Positions 26,340 to 35,018 of a stretch of 64,000 nucleotides of DNA are shown here, piece after piece. A program made the position numbers and the translations under genes. The notes under the pieces are model-generated. The model did not search any database and had not been told where the DNA came from. It saw only the letters and a list, made by a program, of their open reading frames with translations. Positions within the stretch are counted from its first letter, which is position 1. Each line of letters starts with the position of its first letter. Source of the stretch: a virus (lineage: Duplodnaviria; Heunggongvirae; Uroviricota; Caudoviricetes); IMG/VR virus record IMGVR_UViG_3300042901_002340; one strand, given 5' to 3'.

Positions 26340-26600
26340 TTACTTGGAAAAATTAAATAGTTGTTTAAGACCTTCACTTTCCTGATTCTCCAGATTTTCC
26401 GCTTCAATCTTTTTATTTAGATTAGCAAGAAATATTTGATACTCGTAATACGGAACATTCTCAACCCAATTCATATCCAAATCATGCTCGTAAAAAAGCC
26501 TAAATTTAATCTCCAAGTAATTCTCTAAAGATATCTGAAATAACGAAAAGAGATCTGAGCCCTGAGGGAAAGGCAATATCCGCAGTGACCTCCTTACCAC
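26340..26600 (-). CDS. Small baseplate/tail assembly chaperone module (gp51-like), probably entered by +1 frameshift
   Basis: SLENYLEIKFRLFYEH...VENVPYYEYQIFL resembles the small ORF following gp26 in T4-like phages; overlaps the upstream gene; annotated start is doubtful. Confidence 0.6.
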   Translation of the reverse strand: MVRRSLRILPFPQGSDLFSLFQISLENYLEIKFRLFYEHDLDMNWVENVPYYEYQIFLANLNKKIEAENLENQESEGLKQLFNFSK

Positions 26601-27702
26601 AAACCGGACAAACCTGTTTTACATCAATCTCGGTACCAATCTTTATCTTCTCAGAAAGACCAAAGTATAGGCTATATTCTTCCTTCGACCAATAATCAGA
26701 CTCTCTCATCCTCATAAGGATCTTTTCATTCGTTAATCCCCTCCATTCTTTTAGAATAAATGGAGCAATCTCTAAAAACCCTTCGTCTATATCTATATTT
26801 CTAGCAGAGCAATATACAACAAAGTCGCTTATTGCACTGTTTATACCTATAGTAGGAACAGTCATTTCTATACTTTTACCTATTTTCTTAACGTCAAATA
26901 CAAAACTTCTTGTTGTTGGATTATAGTATTTTACAATTCTATCCTCCAACTCATAGGATCTTAATCCTCCAGTCCTTAATTCTATACCATTAGAAAATGG
27001 ACACTCCGATTTGTTTTCACATTTTGTTTTAGGCATAAGAATTATCGAGTTTTCACCACTTATAAATGTTAAATCCCTTATCGCCATAATTGCAAAGAAT
27101 CTATCCTCCTGAATAAGATCCTTAAATGACACTACACCCTCCCCTGGGTAATCCATTCTTAGACATCTATCTATAACATATCCAAGTTTTTCCTCGATGT
27201 CCAATCTATCATCTTCATCGATTGCTGAAAAGTGTCTTATCTCCTTTACTTCAGCTGCTCTAATAGCTATTTTTGTTCCCTCTGGATAAAACATACCTTT
27301 CGATGGAAGCAATCCGACAGGTAGATTTTTCCATCCCAAATCGAATGATGGAGAATCAACGTATGATTGTGCTTTACCAAATGATGTTATTGGTTCTGGC
27401 TGGATTTTACCGTCATTTATATTTCCGAGATTTACAACAGGTTCAGGTTGTCTAAATATAGGTTGTTCCTGTTCCTTTATAGCAACAGATTCATGCTGTC
27501 TAAATATAGGTTGTTCTTGTTCCTTTATAGCAATAGGTTCAGGCTGTCTAAATATAGGTTGTTCTTGTTTCTCCATCGGAGCAGAAATTGTTTGTTCGGT
27601 TATATGAACTTGTTCATCCTCCATCGGATCATCATATACCATTCCACTTTGTTCCTCTCTCATTTTTAATATCTCTTCCGGTGATATATCTAAATTACTC
27701 AT
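26506..27702 (-). CDS. Baseplate hub / tail assembly chaperone (gp26-like)
   Basis: LPSKGMFYP, DLIQEDRFFAIMAIR, Cys pairs, C-terminal CPVCG; between tubes and tape-measure-like gene. Confidence 0.75.
   Translation of the reverse strand: MSNLDISPEEILKMREEQSGMVYDDPMEDEQVHITEQTISAPMEKQEQPIFRQPEPIAIKEQEQPIFRQHESVAIKEQEQPIFRQPEPVVNLGNINDGKIQPEPITSFGKAQSYVDSPSFDLGWKNLPVGLLPSKGMFYPEGTKIAIRAAEVKEIRHFSAIDEDDRLDIEEKLGYVIDRCLRMDYPGEGVVSFKDLIQEDRFFAIMAIRDLTFISGENSIILMPKTKCENKSECPFSNGIELRTGGLRSYELEDRIVKYYNPTTRSFVFDVKKIGKSIEMTVPTIGINSAISDFVVYCSARNIDIDEGFLEIAPFILKEWRGLTNEKILMRMRESDYWSKEEYSLYFGLSEKIKIGTEIDVKQVCPVCGKEVTADIAFPSGLRSLFVISDIFRELLGD
27441..27572. repeat. About 3 x 48-bp repeats encoding EQPIFRQ(P/H)ExxAIKEQ
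   Basis: tgtctaaatataggttgttc recurs at a 48-bp period. Confidence 0.9.
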
Positions 27703-27781
27703 AAAAAATTAATTTTATTCTATATAACACAACACAAAAAAAAAGGCCAAAATTTGACCTTAATTTTAGAATTATCTTTTA

Positions 27782-28357
27782 TTATAAAAATAGATCCTCC
27801 CAGTAATCACAAACCCATGATGTTCTTATGGTATAGATAGCAGGAGTTTCATAATCAAGATCCATTGCGTTTATAGGTTCACTTATGAAGCAAGAAGGAA
27901 TTCTTATTCTTCTAAAAACATCACCTTGTTTATTAAATATTGAAATTAGGATGGATCCAACATAGTCATTTTTAAGACCCATCGCTCCAGTTAGAGGATT
28001 ATAGATCAAATCAGACCATTGTCTAAGTATTTTGTAAAGCTCCATAGAATTGGAGTTATTAAGGTTGACCTCAAATTCCATGGAAAGATTCATATCACTA
28101 GTTTGAGGTTCACCTCCAGCATATCTTCTGGTAGCAAACTTATAGTTTTGATTTACCGTCTGTGCAGGAGCAATATCAACAGCTAATCCTGTTATAGATT
28201 TAACCTGCTGAGTCAATATGCTTTCACCATTAAAAGTTGTACTAGCCGAAACTATAGCAGCAGGTGGGCTTATCAGTACTTCAAACTGATTAAGAAATAC
28301 AGGCTCAAAATTATTTATACCTGCAAGTGAATTTGTAAAATGTGGTAATCCAGCCAT
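27782..28357 (-). CDS. Tail tube protein (gp19-like), paralog B
   Basis: Follows sheath; EPVFLNQFEV, RQWSDLIYNPLTG, CDYWED. Confidence 0.85.
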   Translation of the reverse strand: MAGLPHFTNSLAGINNFEPVFLNQFEVLISPPAAIVSASTTFNGESILTQQVKSITGLAVDIAPAQTVNQNYKFATRRYAGGEPQTSDMNLSMEFEVNLNNSNSMELYKILRQWSDLIYNPLTGAMGLKNDYVGSILISIFNKQGDVFRRIRIPSCFISEPINAMDLDYETPAIYTIRTSWVCDYWEDLFL

Positions 28358-28371
28358 TTATATTTTTTATT

Positions 28372-28926
28372 TTATAGGAATAGATCGTCCCAATAATCAA
28401 CGGCAAATACCATATCATCTATCTTATATAGATCAGTACTTGTGTAGTTTAGATTCATTGGTGAGATAGGTTTAGTCGGAAACGTATCCTTGCATGTTAT
28501 TCTCCTATAAACGTCACCAGCTTTATTGAAAACCGAAATAATTATAGTTCCAGTGTAGTCATTTTTAAGACCCATCGCTCCAGTTAGAGGATTATAGATC
28601 AAATCAGACCACTGTCTTAAAGTTTTAAAGACGTACATGGAATTTGCATCATTAAGGTTGACGCTGAACGTTATACTAAGATCCATAAAGGTATTCTCAG
28701 GTTTCGATCCCGCATAATTCCTTTTAGCAAATTTATATTTCTGTTGAACCGTTCCTGGATTTTTATCTAGAGAAAGTCCATTAACCTTGCTAACGTGTTG
28801 TAATAAAATGTTACCACCCGCTATAGCAGCCGGTGGTATTATTGTTACCTCGAATTGATTCAGATAAACAGGTTCATACTTGTTTATCGATGATAGTGAA
28901 TTTTGATAATGTGATAGTCCTGCCAT
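28372..28926 (-). CDS. Tail tube protein (gp19-like), paralog A
   Basis: EPVYLNQFEV, RQWSDLIYNPLTG, FPT, VDYWDD. Confidence 0.85.
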   Translation of the reverse strand: MAGLSHYQNSLSSINKYEPVYLNQFEVTIIPPAAIAGGNILLQHVSKVNGLSLDKNPGTVQQKYKFAKRNYAGSKPENTFMDLSITFSVNLNDANSMYVFKTLRQWSDLIYNPLTGAMGLKNDYTGTIIISVFNKAGDVYRRITCKDTFPTKPISPMNLNYTSTDLYKIDDMVFAVDYWDDLFL

Positions 28927-28966
28927 AATTACTTATATTTATCTTCGTTGTCCAAAAAGAATGAAA

Positions 28967-31900
28967 TTATACAAATTGTATAAATCCTCCAGCAGCTATT
29001 CCTCCTGTTCTAGTAACGGTAATTCTATTTATGAATTTATGTATACCCCTAGCAGGTTCGATTATAATATCGATTATACCCATATTCATATCTATAATAG
29101 CCGGTGTATTATTTGACGAGTCCATTATTGTCTGATAAGCGTAAATACCACCACCAGATCTAACACCATCAAGATAATTATCAACCAATGTTTTAATTTC
29201 CAATCTTATCGAATCCTCATTGAAGTCGAAAAGATAGTTTGAAAGTATTTCCTGAGCGTCGTTTTCTATACTAATTAAAAGGTCTCTAACATGAACTAAA
29301 TTAAATGCAGAGTTTACTTGCTGATATGCTGTTTGATTACCAAATATAACAACACCAATACCTCTTCTTTTTATTATAGGGTTGATACCAAATGTTTCAA
29401 GATTTCCTCTGTCCTCATCGGTAAAATCATACTCAGTACCAACTATGTTACCACCACTTATTATACCTCTTTTCTGTCCTGCTACAATAGCATAAGGTTC
29501 ACCGTTTGCAAATTTTCTAATAAAATTATTCGATACGTATGCTGCGGGCGGAACGTTGATGTTTTTATTTCCACTTCTTATAACTATATAAGGTGAGTAG
29601 AATGCACAGAATTTAGATCCCTCTTCCTCTTTGGGTAAACCAAAAGTGTAACTTGGATTAAGTGATAAATTACCACCCTCTACAATATATCCGGTATTCA
29701 AAGGTGGATACGGATTAACAGCAGTAGGAGCTTCAGTAAATAAAGGATCAGTACTAGCTCTAAATTGTGCCATCGAAGGGGCATTTATAATAGCTAACGC
29801 CTGTTGTCTCATTTTTGCAAGTCTACTGAATTGCCATTTGGATTCAGGACCAATTATACCGCTAAATGTATCAACGATATATCTGAATGATATAACATCC
29901 TTAGAAGCAAGGGTTTTAGCAATATTAGTATCATAAATAACAGCCAATATCTCCTCCAGTCTAGCATCAGTCCCATTTGGTCTGTGTCTTTCCTTCATAG
30001 TAAATCCTTTAAGGAATGTAAAATCGAAAGATGTTGTAAACTGAGGTATAGATTTGAATTTCTGTACCCTAAGAGCTTCACCACTAGCGGAATAATATAG
30101 AACTGGTCTTGCAGTTTCAACTCTTAGTAAACCAAATGTCGAAGTCTTTGAAACAGACGTAACTCTAGTAAGCCTGTTTTGTCTATTACCAGTTTCAGGT
30201 TCACATATATCAAGATCAGTAGAAACTACCCAATCACCCACAGCTAAAGGGGAAATCCCACTAACCATATTAACATTAAATTTAGTAACATCAACTCTAG
30301 TACAATCAATAAACTTGTTTATAGATCCTATTTGTGATATTATATCCAATTTCTGCGCACTTACAGGAAGACCTATATTATCCGAGGAGTAAGAAGTTCC
30401 AAATCCTGCAATATCCAATATGGTATTATTATCAAAAGTATCCTGTTGTGAATATGCTCTTGAATAGGTTAAACGGAATTGATCTTTATCAACGGTATTT
30501 TGGAATCCTATATATTGCCCAGAAGGAGTACCTGTCGGTGTGGTCCATATTGAATCCCCATCCTCAAGCTCGTTATATTTACGATTCTGATAGAATGTCG
30601 ATGCGTTATATGCAACAACAGAATTAGTATATCCAGTTGGAGCACCAGGTCCAGTAGCACCGTTAGGTGTTGCTAAACTGATTATATCAAAATAATCAGA
30701 ATTACCAAATTGATAGGAGCCATTATAGTAAGGTTTATTACTTCCAGATGCACCAGTATTATAAGTTGCTAGATCGAATGTAGGTTTAACTGTAACGCCC
30801 TGCGATCTATACTGAGCAGTATCCAGCGGATGTGTCCACCAGATAAGAAGTTGTCCGCTTACGTCTTTAGTACCAGTAACTTTAAGTTTAACTATATCTG
30901 CCTCATTAAATTGGCTTATTAAAGAACCTGTTAATCCAGCAACCCCACTAACAACACCCAATATAAATTTCTCGTCATCAGAAGAAGAAACATTAAGGAA
31001 AGATTTTAATTGGGCTCTTTGTGCAGCATTTACTAGATTTCCTGGTGTTCCTATACCGAAAGCACCACTTGTCGGGGTCTTTGTTTGAAGATAATGCATA
31101 CCTGTATCAAAAGCATTGGGATCATACGTAACAAAAGATCCCTGAGATACCCCTGCAGTTGCACCGGTTATAGTAAACAGTGTACCAACTTTAGTACCAG
31201 ACGTAAATCCAGTAATACCAGCGGGACTAACAAATCCGGTAGCACCAGTTATACCAACAACATTCTGAGTGTATAGATAATCTGCCTGTAATGCTTGATC
31301 ATAACTTAGGAAGTTTATTCTAGGATTAGGAAGATCTCTATTTCCACTAAGCTCATCGATTAGATGATTACCAATCAGATCAATTTTTGAAGAATTGTTA
31401 CAAATATCATCAAATGCTTGTTCATCTACAGCACAGAATAACCCCGTTGATGCAGTATTATTGTTTATTAAAGTTTGTATGTATCTATTGGTACCGTTAA
31501 GGTCTACGAAATCTGGTATAATACATCCAGTAACGGATGTAACTATAGAAACATTTGGATTTGCAAGAAATTGATCTATCTTGGATTTTACAAATCCGTT
31601 ATTTGTAAAGTAGGTAGCCCATAAAGGATCTTGATGAAGAGCTTCGTAGTTTGTCCAATCTCCATATACCGCGATAACATCAACAAAATAATCACTCATA
31701 TAATCATAAGGATGCATAAAGGATGGTACATTATTAGCACCATACCAATCAATCGCAAATATATTATATCCACTTAGAGGTGCTGTCGAATCGGTAGATT
31801 TTCTAACGATTACACTCATAGGGGATTTTCCAAGATTTGTTAGATTAAATAATTTTCCTTGATCCGATATACTTAGTGTGGCTAAGAAATAATTAGGATC

Positions 31901-32329
31901 AGCAAACCAAAATCTTTCCTTGTTATAGTAGGAAGAATATAGTTCGCTGGTAACAACACCATTGTATTCCTCAGTATCAACTGAGAATGATCTATACGTA
32001 ACCTCATCAGGATCAGATGATTCAACATTATCGTTCAATTTTAAAAGATTCAATGCAAAGACTGGTCCAGCATTCAAACAAGTTAATATTGATCTATGGA
32101 AGAAAGATCCCTTATTTTCAAGAGACGCGTCAATGTCACCAAAGATTGATATCATTGTTGTTACATCAGGAATATAAACAGGAGTATTAAAAGGTCCCTT
32201 ATTAGAGAAACCTATAACAAGCCTAATTGTTTGTGATGTAAGTATGACGTTTTGTGATGCGTCAAATTCAAGCGTATAGACACCAGATGCTCTAAATTGA
32301 GAATAGTCTATTTTTACCTTATTTGCCAT
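28967..32329 (-). CDS. Tail sheath protein (gp18-like) with a large insertion
   Basis: GVYTLEFD, GFSNKGPFNTPV, AGQKRG, GINPI, FGNQT, VHVRDLL, FDFNE, IEPAR. Confidence 0.92.
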   Translation of the reverse strand: MANKVKIDYSQFRASGVYTLEFDASQNVILTSQTIRLVIGFSNKGPFNTPVYIPDVTTMISIFGDIDASLENKGSFFHRSILTCLNAGPVFALNLLKLNDNVESSDPDEVTYRSFSVDTEEYNGVVTSELYSSYYNKERFWFADPNYFLATLSISDQGKLFNLTNLGKSPMSVIVRKSTDSTAPLSGYNIFAIDWYGANNVPSFMHPYDYMSDYFVDVIAVYGDWTNYEALHQDPLWATYFTNNGFVKSKIDQFLANPNVSIVTSVTGCIIPDFVDLNGTNRYIQTLINNNTASTGLFCAVDEQAFDDICNNSSKIDLIGNHLIDELSGNRDLPNPRINFLSYDQALQADYLYTQNVVGITGATGFVSPAGITGFTSGTKVGTLFTITGATAGVSQGSFVTYDPNAFDTGMHYLQTKTPTSGAFGIGTPGNLVNAAQRAQLKSFLNVSSSDDEKFILGVVSGVAGLTGSLISQFNEADIVKLKVTGTKDVSGQLLIWWTHPLDTAQYRSQGVTVKPTFDLATYNTGASGSNKPYYNGSYQFGNSDYFDIISLATPNGATGPGAPTGYTNSVVAYNASTFYQNRKYNELEDGDSIWTTPTGTPSGQYIGFQNTVDKDQFRLTYSRAYSQQDTFDNNTILDIAGFGTSYSSDNIGLPVSAQKLDIISQIGSINKFIDCTRVDVTKFNVNMVSGISPLAVGDWVVSTDLDICEPETGNRQNRLTRVTSVSKTSTFGLLRVETARPVLYYSASGEALRVQKFKSIPQFTTSFDFTFLKGFTMKERHRPNGTDARLEEILAVIYDTNIAKTLASKDVISFRYIVDTFSGIIGPESKWQFSRLAKMRQQALAIINAPSMAQFRASTDPLFTEAPTAVNPYPPLNTGYIVEGGNLSLNPSYTFGLPKEEEGSKFCAFYSPYIVIRSGNKNINVPPAAYVSNNFIRKFANGEPYAIVAGQKRGIISGGNIVGTEYDFTDEDRGNLETFGINPIIKRRGIGVVIFGNQTAYQQVNSAFNLVHVRDLLISIENDAQEILSNYLFDFNEDSIRLEIKTLVDNYLDGVRSGGGIYAYQTIMDSSNNTPAIIDMNMGIIDIIIEPARGIHKFINRITVTRTGGIAAGGFIQFV

Positions 32330-32358
32330 TATTTTTCAATATATTTTTACTTCTGTAC

Positions 32359-32366
32359 TATATATC
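32359..32366 (-). promoter_or_regulatory. Putative late promoter GATATATA (sheath)
   Basis: Octamer 30 nt upstream of ATG. Confidence 0.75.
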
Positions 32367-32391
32367 AAAAAAGAAATGAGAATTATTGATG

Positions 32392-34218
32392 CTACATTAA
32401 GTTATTGAAGTCGCTATAAGATTTACCTTCCTTAGTGGATGGTCCCTTCCTATCGTCATCCATAATTTGATCTCCCTCAAGTTTTCTTATTATGATATCC
32501 TTATATTCACTTTCCTCCATCTCGTCAAAAACTTCACCAACTAAATGGTTGAAGTCATATCCATCCATTAACCCAGGAAGATTTACCAAAGTCATTGCTA
32601 CGTCGTCATGCCCACTCTGGCTAGAGTAAGTACCTCTATTATTAAGACCAAAAGTGAACAATTCAGGTATGGTCCATTTTTTTTCATTTACCAATATCCG
32701 ATTTTCTCTTATAAGGCTTCTTAATAATTCGCAATATTTCATTTTATTCTTCTCGTTGTACTTTATTCCGGGTTTTAGACTTCTAGCACTCTCCGAATGT
32801 TTAGTGAAAAGAAACATTTCATCGAAAAAATTATCTCTGGATATCAACTTATCGTATAATAATTCACCCTTGAAATTCATCTCCAATGCTATTTTTACCC
32901 TGTCAACAGTAAAAACATTCTCGCACAATACTTGCAGAAGCTTAACCACGTCCTCTAGTTTTATCTCATTATCCCTAAATACCCCAATTTGAATGAGTCC
33001 AAAAAAATCAGATTCATCCTCAAATTCTTCCTTACTATTTATAATAGCCTTAGGTAATGGTGTAACTTTAAAAATATTAATAACAGTAAAATCACCCTTA
33101 CCTCCACCACTGAGATCTATGGAAAGTACAAATTTCTTTCCTGGTTCATTACATCGATCAATATCAAATTTAGGATGCCATCTGAAATTCTCATAATTTA
33201 TATTATTATTATGAAGCTCACTTATCTCTTTCCATTCATACTCAGTCTCGTTTTTCTTGATTCTCTTTAATTCATCAGATCCTAGTAACAAACTCGAGGA
33301 ACTTAAAAATTGATTACCATACTCCTGATTAAAAAGCTCCTCACTTCCAAGGTTACCTATCTCCCTCTGCTTCCATGCTTCATCTCTTCCAGGTACTTGC
33401 CACCAATCTACCCTTATTGGATTGAAGCTATTATCTCCATCAAGAGCTCCCTGATATAACTCATAGAACTTATTCATCCCGTTTGGTGTCGATGTTATTA
33501 TAATTCTAGAAACCTTGGAAGATGATACTGTAGGATAAGTTGATCTAAAGAAAGCCTCCATAAAGTTTTCGTTAATATGAGCAAACTCGTCCATGTATAG
33601 AAAATGAATAGTAAATCCAATACCAGATGTCTTTGTTGTTGTTTTAGCCAAGACCCTACATCCATTATCAAAACGCATCGACATCACATTATTTATGAGC
33701 ATCCCAGGTTTAAGAAAGAACGGAAGCCCTTTTATAATTGACTTTATTTTATCCATCAATTCCTCCGCAGTATCACCAACGTTGGCAAGTATCATGGCAT
33801 TTTTATCGTGATTGAAAAGTAGATACCAAACTAAAATTATGGAGGATGTTATAGATTTACCAACCTGTCTGGGAGCTAGAAATATATTGAATCTATTCGA
33901 TTGATATTCTCTAAGCACGGATTCCTGGTAATCCCTAAGGTTTATGTACTCCAGACCAATATCAGTCATTACCTTACAATATTTTGCAAAATAAGAAACG
34001 TCCTCAGCACACTTCTTCATTTCGAAAATTTCATCCCTAGTATATTCCCATTGAAGATTTGGCTTCTTTAATTCTGGGTCCTGCTCATAAAAGGGGTTAT
34101 CGACATCCTTATAATCCAATCCCTCCTCATCTATTCTTCTCAGAAGTTCATTTACTCTCTCAGTGTTCCATAAGGAGGTTTCTATTTGTTCCTGCTTCTT
34201 TTGTACTAATTCTCCCAT
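32392..34218 (-). CDS. terL: Terminase large subunit (gp17-like)
   Basis: LRDYQ, APRQVGKS, YMDEFAH, ITSTPNG, SIDLSGG, HDDVAM. Confidence 0.95.
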   Translation of the reverse strand: MGELVQKKQEQIETSLWNTERVNELLRRIDEEGLDYKDVDNPFYEQDPELKKPNLQWEYTRDEIFEMKKCAEDVSYFAKYCKVMTDIGLEYINLRDYQESVLREYQSNRFNIFLAPRQVGKSITSSIILVWYLLFNHDKNAMILANVGDTAEELMDKIKSIIKGLPFFLKPGMLINNVMSMRFDNGCRVLAKTTTKTSGIGFTIHFLYMDEFAHINENFMEAFFRSTYPTVSSSKVSRIIITSTPNGMNKFYELYQGALDGDNSFNPIRVDWWQVPGRDEAWKQREIGNLGSEELFNQEYGNQFLSSSSLLLGSDELKRIKKNETEYEWKEISELHNNNINYENFRWHPKFDIDRCNEPGKKFVLSIDLSGGGKGDFTVINIFKVTPLPKAIINSKEEFEDESDFFGLIQIGVFRDNEIKLEDVVKLLQVLCENVFTVDRVKIALEMNFKGELLYDKLISRDNFFDEMFLFTKHSESARSLKPGIKYNEKNKMKYCELLRSLIRENRILVNEKKWTIPELFTFGLNNRGTYSSQSGHDDVAMTLVNLPGLMDGYDFNHLVGEVFDEMEESEYKDIIIRKLEGDQIMDDDRKGPSTKEGKSYSDFNNLM

Positions 34219-34220
34219 TT

Positions 34221-35015
34221 TTAATATAGTTCATCCTCAATAACAAAAGCATCGGAAGCATCGGAATCATTATCTATTCTTGAAACATTTGGATTATCAA
34301 GATCCATTATTTTTTTATGCTTAGCATTTACTACAGCATTAGGTTCAACAACTTCAGGAGTTATATCGACAACTTCCGATCCTATTAGATCCCTAAGTCC
34401 CTCCATTATTCCTCTGGTACCTCTGGATTTAATTCCACCATTTTCAGTAATTGTTGAGGGGGTGCTATACGAATCACTGTTTATATCCTGATTCATAACA
34501 ACCCTATTGTTTTGTTTTTTCTCATCTATTTCTATTCTAGACTTCTTGTAATTTTGCTCCATTTTCTCCAGATAGGCCTGATAATCTTTAGGCATCTGCA
34601 TAATCTGGGATTGCATTTGTGCTAAAACCTCAAAAAGTCTAGGATTTGTATTACCCAAATCTATTTCCTCAAGTATTTTAGTTATGGTATGCTGAGCGGT
34701 TTTAAGTTGAAACATCATGGCGGAAACGTTCATTGTATCCATCTTCTTCTTATGTTCAACGTGATATGCTGATTGATTTTCAGTAGTTAGATCCACATAG
34801 AATTCAGCTAATGAATCCATAAGAACTTTAGCATCCGCTGCTGCTGAGGATTGCGCTCCTGCGAAATCCATTAAATCCGTGGTTTTTATTCTAGGGAGAT
34901 CAATAGAATCAGCAGAAAAAGAAACATTGAATCCCTCGTCCATTAATATGGAATCTAAATTTTCTTTTATTCTTTCCTCTATTACCTTCTCTGGTTTTGG
35001 TTTTCTTCTTGGCAT
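34221..35015 (-). CDS. Probable terminase small subunit
   Basis: Directly upstream of terL; helical core with PRLFEVLAQM, like gp16 PRxxEV. Confidence 0.5.
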   Translation of the reverse strand: MPRRKPKPEKVIEERIKENLDSILMDEGFNVSFSADSIDLPRIKTTDLMDFAGAQSSAAADAKVLMDSLAEFYVDLTTENQSAYHVEHKKKMDTMNVSAMMFQLKTAQHTITKILEEIDLGNTNPRLFEVLAQMQSQIMQMPKDYQAYLEKMEQNYKKSRIEIDEKKQNNRVVMNQDINSDSYSTPSTITENGGIKSRGTRGIMEGLRDLIGSEVVDITPEVVEPNAVVNAKHKKIMDLDNPNVSRIDNDSDASDAFVIEDELY

Positions 35016-35018
35016 AAT

